Assembly (NCBI GenBank): GCA_002497295.1
Contig: DANO01000039.1
Span: 16,405-80,404 of the forward strand
Length of the DNA stretch: 64,000 bases
From: Euryarchaeota archaeon UBA171
GTDB lineage: Archaea > Thermoplasmatota > Poseidoniia > Poseidoniales > Thalassarchaeaceae
Reading direction: 5' to 3'
The translations under genes were made by a program, and so were the position numbers. Shown here in pieces: positions 36,155 through 44,956 of the stretch. The notes beneath the pieces were generated by a model. The model ran no database searches, was not told the DNA's origin, and worked only from the letters and a program-made list of their open reading frames with translations. Every line of letters begins with the position of its first letter. Position 1 is the first letter of the stretch.

Positions 36155-38371
36155 TCCCGGGGCTATGTCTCCGTCTGGCCTAAGTAGTCGTACGGATCCT
36201 TTGCCGTCATCGGCTGCCAAGAGCATGCCCTCCGACATAACGCCTCTGAGTTTCCTGGGCTCTAAATTAGCGACAAAAACGACCAAAGAGCCTGTGAGGT
36301 CTTCTTTGGTATAGTGGTCTTTTAGACCTGCGCAAACAGTTCGATCTTGCTCGTCACCTTCAGATATCTTGACCACATAAAGGCGGTCTGCATCGGGGTG
36401 GTCGTCGACGGAGACGATCTTGCCTATTCTGAGTTCGACGGATGCAAATGTATCGAAATCAACGAATGCCACACCTTCGATGTGTGAGGTGTCGTTATTC
36501 ATTGTGTCTGTAGATTCTTCATCTGAGAGTATACTCTCGAGATCGAGTCTAGTAAAAAGAGGGGCGGATTTAGGCAAGTGAGATGGACGTTCGCCGCTAG
36601 CCATTGCATCATCCCACAGCAAATCTCTCGGATTTCCAGGTTCTCCTATCATGCCCCACAATCTTTCTGATTGGAAGGGCATGTATGGATAGGTGAGTAT
36701 TGAAAGAACCCTTAGGCTATGCCATGCGGCAGATAGGGGTAACAACGCTTTCTGAATTTCTTCTGGATCATCGGAACGTAGATACTTCCAAGGTTCAGAT
36801 CTTTGAAGAAAGCCGTTGCCCTCTTGGGATATGTCCATTATCTTCCTGAGAGCCTCCTTGAACCTCTGACGTTCCATCGAATCAATTGCTCCCTCGATTT
36901 TCGACTCTATGAATTTCTTAAAATCTGGATATGCCTCCAAGCCTGGCAAGGAGGCAACAGGGTTGAATCCATCCTTGGAAGCACGTTTCACTAGTGAGAG
37001 CACCCTATTCACATAATTACCATAATTACCAATCAACTCAGAATTGACGCGTTCCACGAATTCGTCCCATCGAAAGTCTGTATCGTGAAGTTCTGGCATG
37101 TTTATGGTCAAATGATAACGAAGTGAATCAGGATCGTATCTTTCGAGGAATGTAGGAAGCCAAACTGCATGCTTCCGACTTGTCGAGAATTGATCCCCGG
37201 AGAGCATCAAATATTCATTGGATGCGACGTTGTCCTCGAGGTGAAGCTTCGCTTGCTCGTCCTTTCCTGTGTTAAGTGCCAACAATATGGCTGGCCATAT
37301 TATAGTGTGAAAAGGGATGTTATCCTTCCCCATGAAATATATATGTTTGAGAGATTCTCCATGTATCCACCACTTCTTCCAGATATCCTCATAGACACCA
37401 TCATGTGACTTGCTTGCGTGCTGTTCTGCCCATATTCTTGCACAGGTCAAGTATCCCTGAACAGCATCAAACCACACGTAGACCCGTTTTGATGCCCATA
37501 CTTCTTCCTCCAATGGTATCGATACGCCCCATTCTATATCCCTGGTGACTGCACGTGGACGTAGGCCCATATCTAGCCAATTCTTTGTCATGGACCTAAC
37601 ATTCGGCTTCCAAACCCTCTGTCGCTCTGATGCATGATCTTCCAAATCTTTCTGAAGGAGATCCAACCTGAAAAAGAGGTGATCAGTTTTCCGAATTTCG
37701 ACAGGATCTTCAGGATTAAGTTTTGAGACTGGTTCTATCAGCTCATCTGCCTCGTATGTTGATCCACATGTGTCGCATTGATCGCCTCTAGCACCATCCG
37801 CAGAACATCTTGGGCATTTTCCGAAAACATACCTATCAGGAAGGAATTGTATGTCGCCATTATCCTTGACGGAGCAGAACTGCTCCATAGTTTCCCTCAT
37901 CAAAAATCCTTTTTCATGTAATTCCAGTATGACTTCTTGAACAAGTTCATGGTGCCTTGAGTCAGAAGTTCTGCCATACAAGGCGCCGCCATAATCTACA
38001 CCTCTGGAATCGATATTATCGTCCCAAGAACAGCCTAGCCTCAACAGAGAGTCAAGTATATCTTTGTGATTCTCATCCACAATTTCCTGTGGTGATTTCC
38101 CTGTTTCATCAGCAGTCACTGTTATCGGTGTTCCGTGCTCATCAGAGCCGCTCAACATCAATACTCTCCTACCTCTCATTCGTTCATACTTGTACTGTAT
38201 ATCGGCAGGAAGGCAATTGCCTGCTACATGTCCCAGATGAAGTGGTCCATTGGCATAGGGCCAGGCCATGAAAATTGCAACATGCTGACTGTCCACGTGT
38301 CCGCTCCCGGACAGCCACATATTTAGGAGATGGGCAAACTCGGAGTTATGGAGCAACGCAACCTCATGCAT
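36140..38371 (-). CDS. metG: methionyl-tRNA synthetase with C-terminal tRNA-binding (Trbp111/EMAP-like) domain
   Basis: Motifs seen: PYANGPLHLGH, Zn knuckles CPRC...CD.CG, the DSLRY anticodon-domain region, and a C-terminal ELRIGKIV...HP.ADRLYV.....G. The track ORF extends to 38629, but that extension overlaps the divergent CorB-like gene. Candidate starts are 38371 or 38320. Confidence 0.9.
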   Translation of the reverse strand: MHEVALLHNSEFAHLLNMWLSGSGHVDSQHVAIFMAWPYANGPLHLGHVAGNCLPADIQYKYERMRGRRVLMLSGSDEHGTPITVTADETGKSPQEIVDENHKDILDSLLRLGCSWDDNIDSRGVDYGGALYGRTSDSRHHELVQEVILELHEKGFLMRETMEQFCSVKDNGDIQFLPDRYVFGKCPRCSADGARGDQCDTCGSTYEADELIEPVSKLNPEDPVEIRKTDHLFFRLDLLQKDLEDHASERQRVWKPNVRSMTKNWLDMGLRPRAVTRDIEWGVSIPLEEEVWASKRVYVWFDAVQGYLTCARIWAEQHASKSHDGVYEDIWKKWWIHGESLKHIYFMGKDNIPFHTIIWPAILLALNTGKDEQAKLHLEDNVASNEYLMLSGDQFSTSRKHAVWLPTFLERYDPDSLRYHLTINMPELHDTDFRWDEFVERVNSELIGNYGNYVNRVLSLVKRASKDGFNPVASLPGLEAYPDFKKFIESKIEGAIDSMERQRFKEALRKIMDISQEGNGFLQRSEPWKYLRSDDPEEIQKALLPLSAAWHSLRVLSILTYPYMPFQSERLWGMIGEPGNPRDLLWDDAMASGERPSHLPKSAPLFTRLDLESILSDEESTDTMNNDTSHIEGVAFVDFDTFASVELRIGKIVSVDDHPDADRLYVVKISEGDEQDRTVCAGLKDHYTKEDLTGSLVVFVANLEPRKLRGVMSEGMLLAADDGKGSVRLLRPDGDIAPGSNVR

Positions 38372-38378
38372 ACCAGCT

Positions 38379-39458
38379 TTGTCCAATCTCCCCCTCGGAG
38401 GAACCCCTAAAGTGACTCCCATATCCGCTATTTTGCTATATGGAACGGTCGCTCTGGGAGTTTCATTTATCTGCTCAATACTCGAAGCTGTTCTACTAAG
38501 CACGACCAGGGGCCACGTACTCGCATTGCAGCCGAAGATGCCCACAACCGCTGAAAGATGGCTGACATTCAAGGATGATCCAGAACGCCCCCTCACCGCC
38601 ATACTCACTCTGAACACAATCGCACACACTGTGGGTGCGCTGGGTGTCGGCTCTGAAGTAGAAAATGCGTATCCCGGCGAATATGCACTAGCAATCGCAT
38701 CAACTATTCTGACACTTCTCGTATTGCTCCTCTCGGAAATTCTTCCTAAAACAGTTGGAACACTCTATTGGAGACGACTCACAGTTAGTGCGGGGTTGGT
38801 ACTTCACTGGATGACAATCGTACTAGCACCCATAATATGGCCAATCGAAAAGACACGCAGGCTTCTTCCATCCGTCAAAGAGGAGGCGATGACTCGAGAT
38901 GAGATATCTGTCATAGCAGACATAGCCGAAGAGACCGACGTCATAGATGAGAGAGAGGAGAGCATCATACAGAATCTATTGATGCTCAAAGAGATGACTG
39001 TGGGGGCGATTATGACCCCAAGGACCGTCATGACCTCCGTCGAATCTGAAGAGACGATTGGATCGGTCATGGAGCGTATTCCCGTAATGGTTCATGGCAG
39101 GATGCCCGTGTTCGATGAGGATGCCGTAGTTGGCATGGTGCTGAGGTCGGATATTCTCAAGAATGCAGCTGCAGATAATTTCGATCCGCTGATGACTGCG
39201 ATAATGCGTCCAATATCGAGTGTTCATTCTGACGGATCCATAGATGCAGCACTCAGAATAATGCTTGAGGATAGGGTGCAAATTTTGACTGTGGAAGAAG
39301 AATTTGGAACCATCATCGGCCTAGTAACAATGGAAGACGTCATTGAAACACTACTCGGGGTCGAGATAGTAGATGAAGCGGATATCGAAGGCATAGAGGA
39401 TGGAGCGGTAAGGGAAGATATGCGCGAGTTGGCTATGATGCGTCGAGAAGAAGAGTGA
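38379..39458 (+). CDS. CNNM/CorB-type Mg2+/divalent-cation transporter (DUF21 TM domain + CBS pair, no CorC_HlyC tail)
   Basis: 359 aa. It has the DUF21-type helices with the EILPKT.G motif, followed by two CBS-like segments (IMTPR..M..., V.DE.....G.V...D..). Confidence 0.8.
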   Translation: MSNLPLGGTPKVTPISAILLYGTVALGVSFICSILEAVLLSTTRGHVLALQPKMPTTAERWLTFKDDPERPLTAILTLNTIAHTVGALGVGSEVENAYPGEYALAIASTILTLLVLLLSEILPKTVGTLYWRRLTVSAGLVLHWMTIVLAPIIWPIEKTRRLLPSVKEEAMTRDEISVIADIAEETDVIDEREESIIQNLLMLKEMTVGAIMTPRTVMTSVESEETIGSVMERIPVMVHGRMPVFDEDAVVGMVLRSDILKNAAADNFDPLMTAIMRPISSVHSDGSIDAALRIMLEDRVQILTVEEEFGTIIGLVTMEDVIETLLGVEIVDEADIEGIEDGAVREDMRELAMMRREEE

Positions 39459-39459
39459 T

Positions 39460-40287
39460 TCAGTCTAGATTGACCGTATCTTCTTCTTTCTCAGAGAGAA
39501 GTCCTCTCTTCTCTGCATAGTCGCTTAGTTGGTCAAGTCTCTTCAACCATCCTTTGGAGCTTCCAGTCTTGGTAGATCGGACGAGCCAGACGCCACCGAA
39601 TACCCTCTCCCAGAGACCTCTCTTTGCCATCGAGAAACGGGTTAATAGCCAATCAAAAAAGAGCGGCAGTGAAAGTAGAAGTCCTATCACCCTGAATATG
39701 GCTGATCCCGTTGATTCGCCTAGGGGCGATGAGAGGTCTGAGAGCATTGTTAGTGCTGTGACTAGGCCGATTAGTGCGAAAGGGAAGTTCAGCCCTTTGA
39801 GGAATGTGTAAGCCCATGATGCATTGTTGCCGCTGGATGTGACAAACTTGGTCCGAGAGACTATGTTTCCAACGGTTCTGTTGAATCTAGATGGCAAGAA
39901 TCCTACATTACCCAAGTAAAGAAGCATCCCGCCTATGATGATGTAAGTCGCATCAAAATTTAATCCCCATGCGAATACACCGACTACGGGAAACATCCAC
40001 CCATACCCCACGAGTACATCAATGAACCTTCTAAAGGCCATCTGACCACTGGTTGGGGACTCGAAGCCATCTGGAAACGAAGGTAACTCGGAGGGTTCAG
40101 GCTTTGTCTTGCTCTCTTTCTTCTCGCGACGTCTTGAAAATCGAGATTCTTTTTTTGCTTTCTCAACCTTCACAGGAGGTTTTGCAGGGGTCTTCACAAT
40201 AGGCTTTGAAGGAGCCTTCTCTGGGGCCTTTTTCTTAGTATTCTCTTTAGGAGTTTTTCCAGATTCGGCCTTCTCTAGCAATCCCAT
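39460..40287 (-). CDS. membrane protein with Lys/Pro-rich cytoplasmic N-terminus and RDD-like TM domain
   Basis: 275 aa. The N-terminal ~70 aa are K/P/E-rich. AFRRFIDVLVGYG then opens a 3-4 helix hydrophobic domain resembling RDD-family topology. The family assignment is weak. Confidence 0.5.
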   Translation of the reverse strand: MGLLEKAESGKTPKENTKKKAPEKAPSKPIVKTPAKPPVKVEKAKKESRFSRRREKKESKTKPEPSELPSFPDGFESPTSGQMAFRRFIDVLVGYGWMFPVVGVFAWGLNFDATYIIIGGMLLYLGNVGFLPSRFNRTVGNIVSRTKFVTSSGNNASWAYTFLKGLNFPFALIGLVTALTMLSDLSSPLGESTGSAIFRVIGLLLSLPLFFDWLLTRFSMAKRGLWERVFGGVWLVRSTKTGSSKGWLKRLDQLSDYAEKRGLLSEKEEDTVNLD

Positions 40288-40296
40288 CTCGAACCC

Positions 40297-41289
40297 TCAC
40301 TGAAGCGCCTCGCCCATAGTCTTGTAGTGTTCAAAGTCCTCTGATTGGGTAAAACTTTCAATTTCAGAGGCAGGCAGATCGCCCAAAACTTCGTTGATAA
40401 GTGCAAAGAAGTCTCTTCTCTCATCTTCAGGAGTGTGGTGTGGATCTGTTCCAACACGCTTGTATAACTCGTATGCATCTGATTCAGTAAAGGATTCAAT
40501 GAATTTAGAACTTTGATTCCCTAGAAGCGTATCTACTATGCTGAAGAGCCTCGCGAAGTCGTCATTCGCTTGCTTTAGTCTTGTTATGGCTGCCGCAAAC
40601 TCATCGAATTCCATTGTTCCGCTATCATCAACATCAGCAGTTTGGAAGAAATCAACCAACTCGTCCTCTTCAAATGATGATAACATTTCAGCGCTTATAC
40701 CCGTTGCGTCTGATACTTTCTGAATGAATGCTGGTTCATCCATGGAGTGAATGAATTCATCAAGCGTGAGATGGTCCGTGTCCTTGGGCTTCTCAATAAG
40801 CTGTACTTTGGGAGCAATATCCCTCACAACCTGTTGTTGCTCCTTCCTCATGACTATGATCTCCCTGTCCAATTCTGTTCCAAACCTATCAGAGAATCTA
40901 TTGATCAATGATCCTCTATCTCCCTTTGCGATTCTGTCTATGTGGCCATACATCCCATCAAGACCTTCGGAGCCTATGTTGGCAGCTTTCCTGGCACTCC
41001 ATAGCGACTCTAGGTCTTCTTCTGCTGGATCTTTGTTTTTGTCAGGCCATTCATGATCATACTCTCCCAATTCAGGTGTTGTGACCGTTCCCCTGCCGCC
41101 TCCAATGGGTACAAGGCTGTCAAAGTCCTCATTGGGGAGGTTTTGAGGTGGGGGAGGGGGCACAATAGGATTACCCTGAGAATCCATCGGAGGAGGCGGC
41201 GGGGGCGGAGGGGTAGGAGGTAATTTCCCCTTCTTCTTACGTCTCGGGATTAGGCCCATGGCATGGCCTGAGTCAATTCCGTGTTTCAA
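40297..41289 (-). CDS. polyproline + EF-hand protein with C-terminal tandem ~33-aa repeat, unknown function
   Basis: 330 aa. It has PPTPPPPPPPP and VPPPPPQ tracts and a canonical EF-hand loop DVDDSGTMEFDEF. Two C-terminal repeats end in IESFTESDAYELYKRVG / IESFTQSEDFEHYKTMG. Confidence 0.55.
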   Translation of the reverse strand: MKHGIDSGHAMGLIPRRKKKGKLPPTPPPPPPPPMDSQGNPIVPPPPPQNLPNEDFDSLVPIGGGRGTVTTPELGEYDHEWPDKNKDPAEEDLESLWSARKAANIGSEGLDGMYGHIDRIAKGDRGSLINRFSDRFGTELDREIIVMRKEQQQVVRDIAPKVQLIEKPKDTDHLTLDEFIHSMDEPAFIQKVSDATGISAEMLSSFEEDELVDFFQTADVDDSGTMEFDEFAAAITRLKQANDDFARLFSIVDTLLGNQSSKFIESFTESDAYELYKRVGTDPHHTPEDERRDFFALINEVLGDLPASEIESFTQSEDFEHYKTMGEALQ

Positions 41290-41321
41290 CGTTCGCCGAA
41301 TGTGTAGCTATTGTGAGCTAT

Positions 41322-42503
41322 TCAAGAAGGTACTAGCTCAGCCCAGCCTTTGAGCTGCAAAAACATAGCCATACCCTCATCAACGACATACTCGCTTCCT
41401 GAATTCCCATCTATCTCCCTATCGGATATTATGGCTCTAACATCATCGATTAAGAGGCGAATTTTGGTATTCTCGCTCCCTCCAAAAACAATAGCCTCCT
41501 TCAATGGGTCAAATGGTTTAGAGCCGTCTGGATCCAATCTTTCGAAGGGTATCTCAGTAACCCTGAGGCCTGATTTGCCATGGAGGCTCCCGAGATGGCG
41601 TATTACTCTCTTAACATCAACCGTAACATTCTCGTCCGTTTCGCCGCCTATTACCGATACCGTTGAGTTGGCATGTACGAGTGCCCAGAATAGGCTTGTT
41701 CCAGATTCTCCGAACACCTTGAGGGACCTATCTCGTTTCAGTCTTGAGACGTGGTCTTTGCTGGAGGCTTTCTCAATAAGATCCAGCATTTTGGGCCGAC
41801 TGACGGGATGGTTCTGACCTCTTGCTTGTTCAATCAGTGTATTGACACTTAGGGAACCCTTTGATCCAGTTGCCGCTTCTGAAAGCATATTTGAAATTCT
41901 TTCCACACCGTCATCCAGTCTTCTGGACCAGCCCGAGTCTTCCCTTTGAGATGATGATACCTCCAGCCCCACACCTCGAATATATGTCACAATCTCCCTT
42001 CTTGCATTTGAGTCCAGATGGAATAGAGACGGGTCCCTTAGATGAATATGGAAACCCCTATGTCCTGAGAAAGTAAATTGAGCATAATCTCTGTTGAATC
42101 CGAATTCCGGCTCCAGGAAGTCGTTCCAGAGTGACCACGCCTGATCTTGTATGGCAGATATAAGGTTGGGGAAATCGGTGGGATTGATGCCGTGTAAATG
42201 ATCGCCGTCTAGATCGAAGATGAGGTCAGCGCCCCTCCATCCCTTATCGGACATTGTTCTCTGAGAGGGATCATCGTAGTAAGCCGTAGAATGGAAGCAT
42301 GAATGCGGGAATCTTTGACATAGATAAGAGTGGAGCGCTCCTGCATCCGTAAATGAGCGATGACGGTCGGTTGGCCTATCGCCCCACGGCATGAACATCC
42401 ACTCCCGACGTCTGAGGCGCGGAGGCAGCCAGATTTCGCTAGGTTCCATGGACCTGTAGAAGTCAGCGAACCTCGAACCTATACGACTCCAACCCTTCGC
42501 CAC
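41322..42503 (-). CDS. priS: DNA primase small (catalytic) subunit PriS
   Basis: 393 aa. It has DLIFDLDGDHL (the catalytic DxD) and FSGHRGFHIH, which are AEP primase motifs. Confidence 0.9.
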   Translation of the reverse strand: MAKGWSRIGSRFADFYRSMEPSEIWLPPRLRRREWMFMPWGDRPTDRHRSFTDAGALHSYLCQRFPHSCFHSTAYYDDPSQRTMSDKGWRGADLIFDLDGDHLHGINPTDFPNLISAIQDQAWSLWNDFLEPEFGFNRDYAQFTFSGHRGFHIHLRDPSLFHLDSNARREIVTYIRGVGLEVSSSQREDSGWSRRLDDGVERISNMLSEAATGSKGSLSVNTLIEQARGQNHPVSRPKMLDLIEKASSKDHVSRLKRDRSLKVFGESGTSLFWALVHANSTVSVIGGETDENVTVDVKRVIRHLGSLHGKSGLRVTEIPFERLDPDGSKPFDPLKEAIVFGGSENTKIRLLIDDVRAIISDREIDGNSGSEYVVDEGMAMFLQLKGWAELVPS

Positions 42504-42539
42504 GTCGAAGCGATTGAAAGGAAGACCTTCAAGATGGTG

Positions 42540-42734
42540 TCATTCCATCCTCAGGCCTGGGACCGTTTTTGGCTCTGTGGAGGGCTCCGCTCCAGTCAGT
42601 TCCAGATAGGCCTCGTACGACAGATACTCGCCGTCATGAACTATCGCCTCTGAGAATTTCAAGGGCTTTCCGGTCTGGGCGCACTTTGGGCCTAGTTGAC
42701 CAGTAGCGGTAGATAGCTTCTCAGCATCGGGCAT
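42540..42734 (-). CDS. small hypothetical protein upstream of priS
   Basis: The track ORF (92 aa) would start 5 nt from the divergent mqnD start, so the internal start MPDAEK (42734) is more plausible. I recognise no family. Confidence 0.35.
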   Translation of the reverse strand: MPDAEKLSTATGQLGPKCAQTGKPLKFSEAIVHDGEYLSYEAYLELTGAEPSTEPKTVPGLRME

Positions 42735-42823
42735 GTATTGCCCAACGAGCACAGATACTTCATGGTGGCGATTGTCACGGAGTCTGCCAAGGCAATTTAT
42801 ACAACCTAAGCAGCCCACGTGCT

Positions 42824-43681
42824 ATGACGACTCATTACAGCATAGGCCATTCACCAGATCCAGATGATGCATTCATGTTCTATGCCATGACTGAGTCATT
42901 GATAGATACGGGTGACAGGCGATACGAGCACGCCCTCGTAGACATACAGACGCTCAATCAACAAGCTCTTGATGGTGCGCATGATGTAAGTGCTGTCTCG
43001 ATACACTCCTACCCGACAATTTCCAATAACTACTCATTGATGAATTGCGGAGCTTCGATGGGAGAAGGATATGGACCGATGATAATATCTACTACACAAT
43101 CTTCAGTTGAAGAGGCCTCTGAATCTACGATTGCAATTCCAGGACTAGGCACTTCTGCTTATCTAGCATTGAGGCTCGCCTTAGGTGACGTGAATGTAGA
43201 AGTTATGCCATTCGATGAAATTCTTCCCTCAGTGGCATCTGGAAAATCAACTCATGGCTTGATTATTCACGAAGGGCAATTGACTTGGAAAGATGAAGGG
43301 GTTCACCTGGTGCTAGATCTGGGCGTATGGTGGAATGAAAAAACAGGTCTTCCACTACCACTGGGGGGGAATGTAGTGCTAAAATCTCATGGTCCAGAAA
43401 TGTGCGAGCATATCGCCACTGACGTGAGGCACTCCATAGAGCATGCTATATCTAATCCTGAATCTGCACTGTCATTTGCTAAAAAATGGGGCAGGGGGAT
43501 ATCGGATGAAACTAACGAAAAATTCGTTGGGATGTATGTTAATCAACGAACTATCGATTACGGGGACGACGGGAGGGAGGCTGTGATGAGATTCTTAGAA
43601 GAAGGGCAATCAATCGGGTTGGTTGACTCGAACTTTGACCCTCGAGCCATCGATTTCATAGGCAGGACGCATGGTCGATAA
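42824..43681 (+). CDS. mqnD: MqnD-like 1,4-dihydroxy-6-naphthoate synthase (MqnA/MqnD periplasmic-binding-like fold)
   Basis: 285 aa. GHSPDPDDAFMFYA....ID.........DIQTLN..AL.G..DVSA.S resembles the MqnD N-terminal pattern (SPCPND.F.F..L....DIE.LN). Confidence 0.7.
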   Translation: MTTHYSIGHSPDPDDAFMFYAMTESLIDTGDRRYEHALVDIQTLNQQALDGAHDVSAVSIHSYPTISNNYSLMNCGASMGEGYGPMIISTTQSSVEEASESTIAIPGLGTSAYLALRLALGDVNVEVMPFDEILPSVASGKSTHGLIIHEGQLTWKDEGVHLVLDLGVWWNEKTGLPLPLGGNVVLKSHGPEMCEHIATDVRHSIEHAISNPESALSFAKKWGRGISDETNEKFVGMYVNQRTIDYGDDGREAVMRFLEEGQSIGLVDSNFDPRAIDFIGRTHGR

Positions 43682-43684
43682 AAC

Positions 43685-44164
43685 ATGGATAAGCCAGAGA
43701 TATCCGAGTTCGATTCTGTTGACCCAGCACCTGCGAGTGAGATACTATCAGTGCCAAGCTTGAGACAGACAATTTGTGATGAAAATGAAAGAATGTTTCA
43801 AAGAATGAGAGCTCTTTTCGCATTGAGGAATATCGGTGGTGTTGAGGCTGTCGAAGCTCTTGCCGCCGCCTACTCTTCCAAATCAGCCCTCCTAAAGCAC
43901 GAGATTGCATATGTGATGGGGCAAATGCAAGACCCTGCAGCAGTACCACATCTCATCCATCGTCTCGAGGATCAAGATGAAGATCTCATGGTACGTCATG
44001 AGGCTGCGGAAGCCCTGGGGGCGATTGGAGATAGAGTCGCTTTGGCCACGTTAGAGAAATTCGTAGGCGATCCAGAACCTGTTGTCGCAGAGTCCTGTGA
44101 AGTTGCAATGGACCTGCTAGAGTACGTCGCATCCAAATCCTTAGACTACGAAGTAACTGATTGA
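43685..44164 (+). CDS. single-module deoxyhypusine-hydroxylase (DOHH/Lia1)-like HEAT-repeat protein, half the eukaryotic length
   Basis: 159 aa. It has SVDPAP, RMRALFALRN.GG, SALLKHEIAYVMGQMQD, AAVP.L, MVRHEAAEALGAIGD and PVVAESCEVAMDLLEY. Each has a near-identical counterpart in human DOHH as I recall it. There are two His-Glu pairs instead of four. Confidence 0.7.
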   Translation: MDKPEISEFDSVDPAPASEILSVPSLRQTICDENERMFQRMRALFALRNIGGVEAVEALAAAYSSKSALLKHEIAYVMGQMQDPAAVPHLIHRLEDQDEDLMVRHEAAEALGAIGDRVALATLEKFVGDPEPVVAESCEVAMDLLEYVASKSLDYEVTD

Positions 44165-44952
44165 ATACATCCAAGAGCTGCACCGGCATCCATCCCACAA
44201 ACATCTACAAGGAATCTTGCAAGCCCCTCCACAGACTGGTCATCGAGTATGTTGGAAACCTCCGAACGGAAGTACTGGTCCATTCTGCTGGGGGTTAGCC
44301 CTATCTTATCGGCAGCGATCCTGACTACTTCTTCCCTCCTATTATTGTCATTGATAAAGGCCCGGTAGTTTGAGATTAGCTCTGTCTTAGCTTCCAATAT
44401 ATCTTGATTATTTGATGACTTGTGTGTGGCGAAAATACCGAAGACCATTGGAAGGCCTGTTGAACGGGTCCATTCCGCTCCAAGATCCAATTGGACCAGA
44501 GACGGATGTTCAGAAGCTGCCCTCAATGCTCTGTCCCCTATGAGAAGAGCCCCGTCACATTGTTGGAGCATGGAACCCAAATCTGGTCCTAGGTCTATTG
44601 CACGGGGGTCTAGTCCCCGTTTGTCCAAATACCATCTTAACAATCTTTTTGAGGTGGAGGAATCGGTTGGGAATGCTATATCTCTCATGTGATCCGGTGG
44701 GCGATCCCCGAACAGAAGTACACTTCCAACATGACCCATCGAGACAATTCCTAGATCGCCGACTAGACGTAGGATGTCGCTATGCTTCGCGAAATCGGCA
44801 GATGGTATAGGGGCCATTAGGCAGTCCCTTCGAAGTACATGCCCCGTCAACCACGAAGGGGGAGCAGGCAGAATCCGCCATTTTTCTGACAGGTTGTGGT
44901 ACAAAGGATCGCAGTTTGTAAATGCGACACGCCCTATGGTCCTGTTCCACAT
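44146..44952 (-). CDS. mqnA: MqnA-like chorismate dehydratase (futalosine pathway)
   Basis: 268 aa of the MqnA/MqnD family. It has the N-terminal I.RV.F.N..PL....., and a later DLG..W....GLP.VF pattern. Confidence 0.65.
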   Translation of the reverse strand: MWNRTIGRVAFTNCDPLYHNLSEKWRILPAPPSWLTGHVLRRDCLMAPIPSADFAKHSDILRLVGDLGIVSMGHVGSVLLFGDRPPDHMRDIAFPTDSSTSKRLLRWYLDKRGLDPRAIDLGPDLGSMLQQCDGALLIGDRALRAASEHPSLVQLDLGAEWTRSTGLPMVFGIFATHKSSNNQDILEAKTELISNYRAFINDNNRREEVVRIAADKIGLTPSRMDQYFRSEVSNILDDQSVEGLARFLVDVCGMDAGAALGCIQSVTS

Positions 44953-44956
44953 ATTA

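Noticed and set aside
38372-38629. N-terminal extensions in the ORF track. These are MetRS to 38629, uS12 to 62746, UbiD from 62585, the membrane protein from 51779, IscA to 10641, YgfZ-like to 10268 and formiminotransferase to 33853.
   Set aside because: The extensions overlap neighbouring or divergent genes, lack homology to the respective families, and plausible internal start codons exist. I treated them as artefacts of longest-ORF calling.
41134-41220. A G-rich tract (GGGG/GGGGG runs) as a possible G-quadruplex element.
   Set aside because: It is fully explained as the complement of CCN proline codons encoding the polyproline tracts of the 40297-41289 protein.
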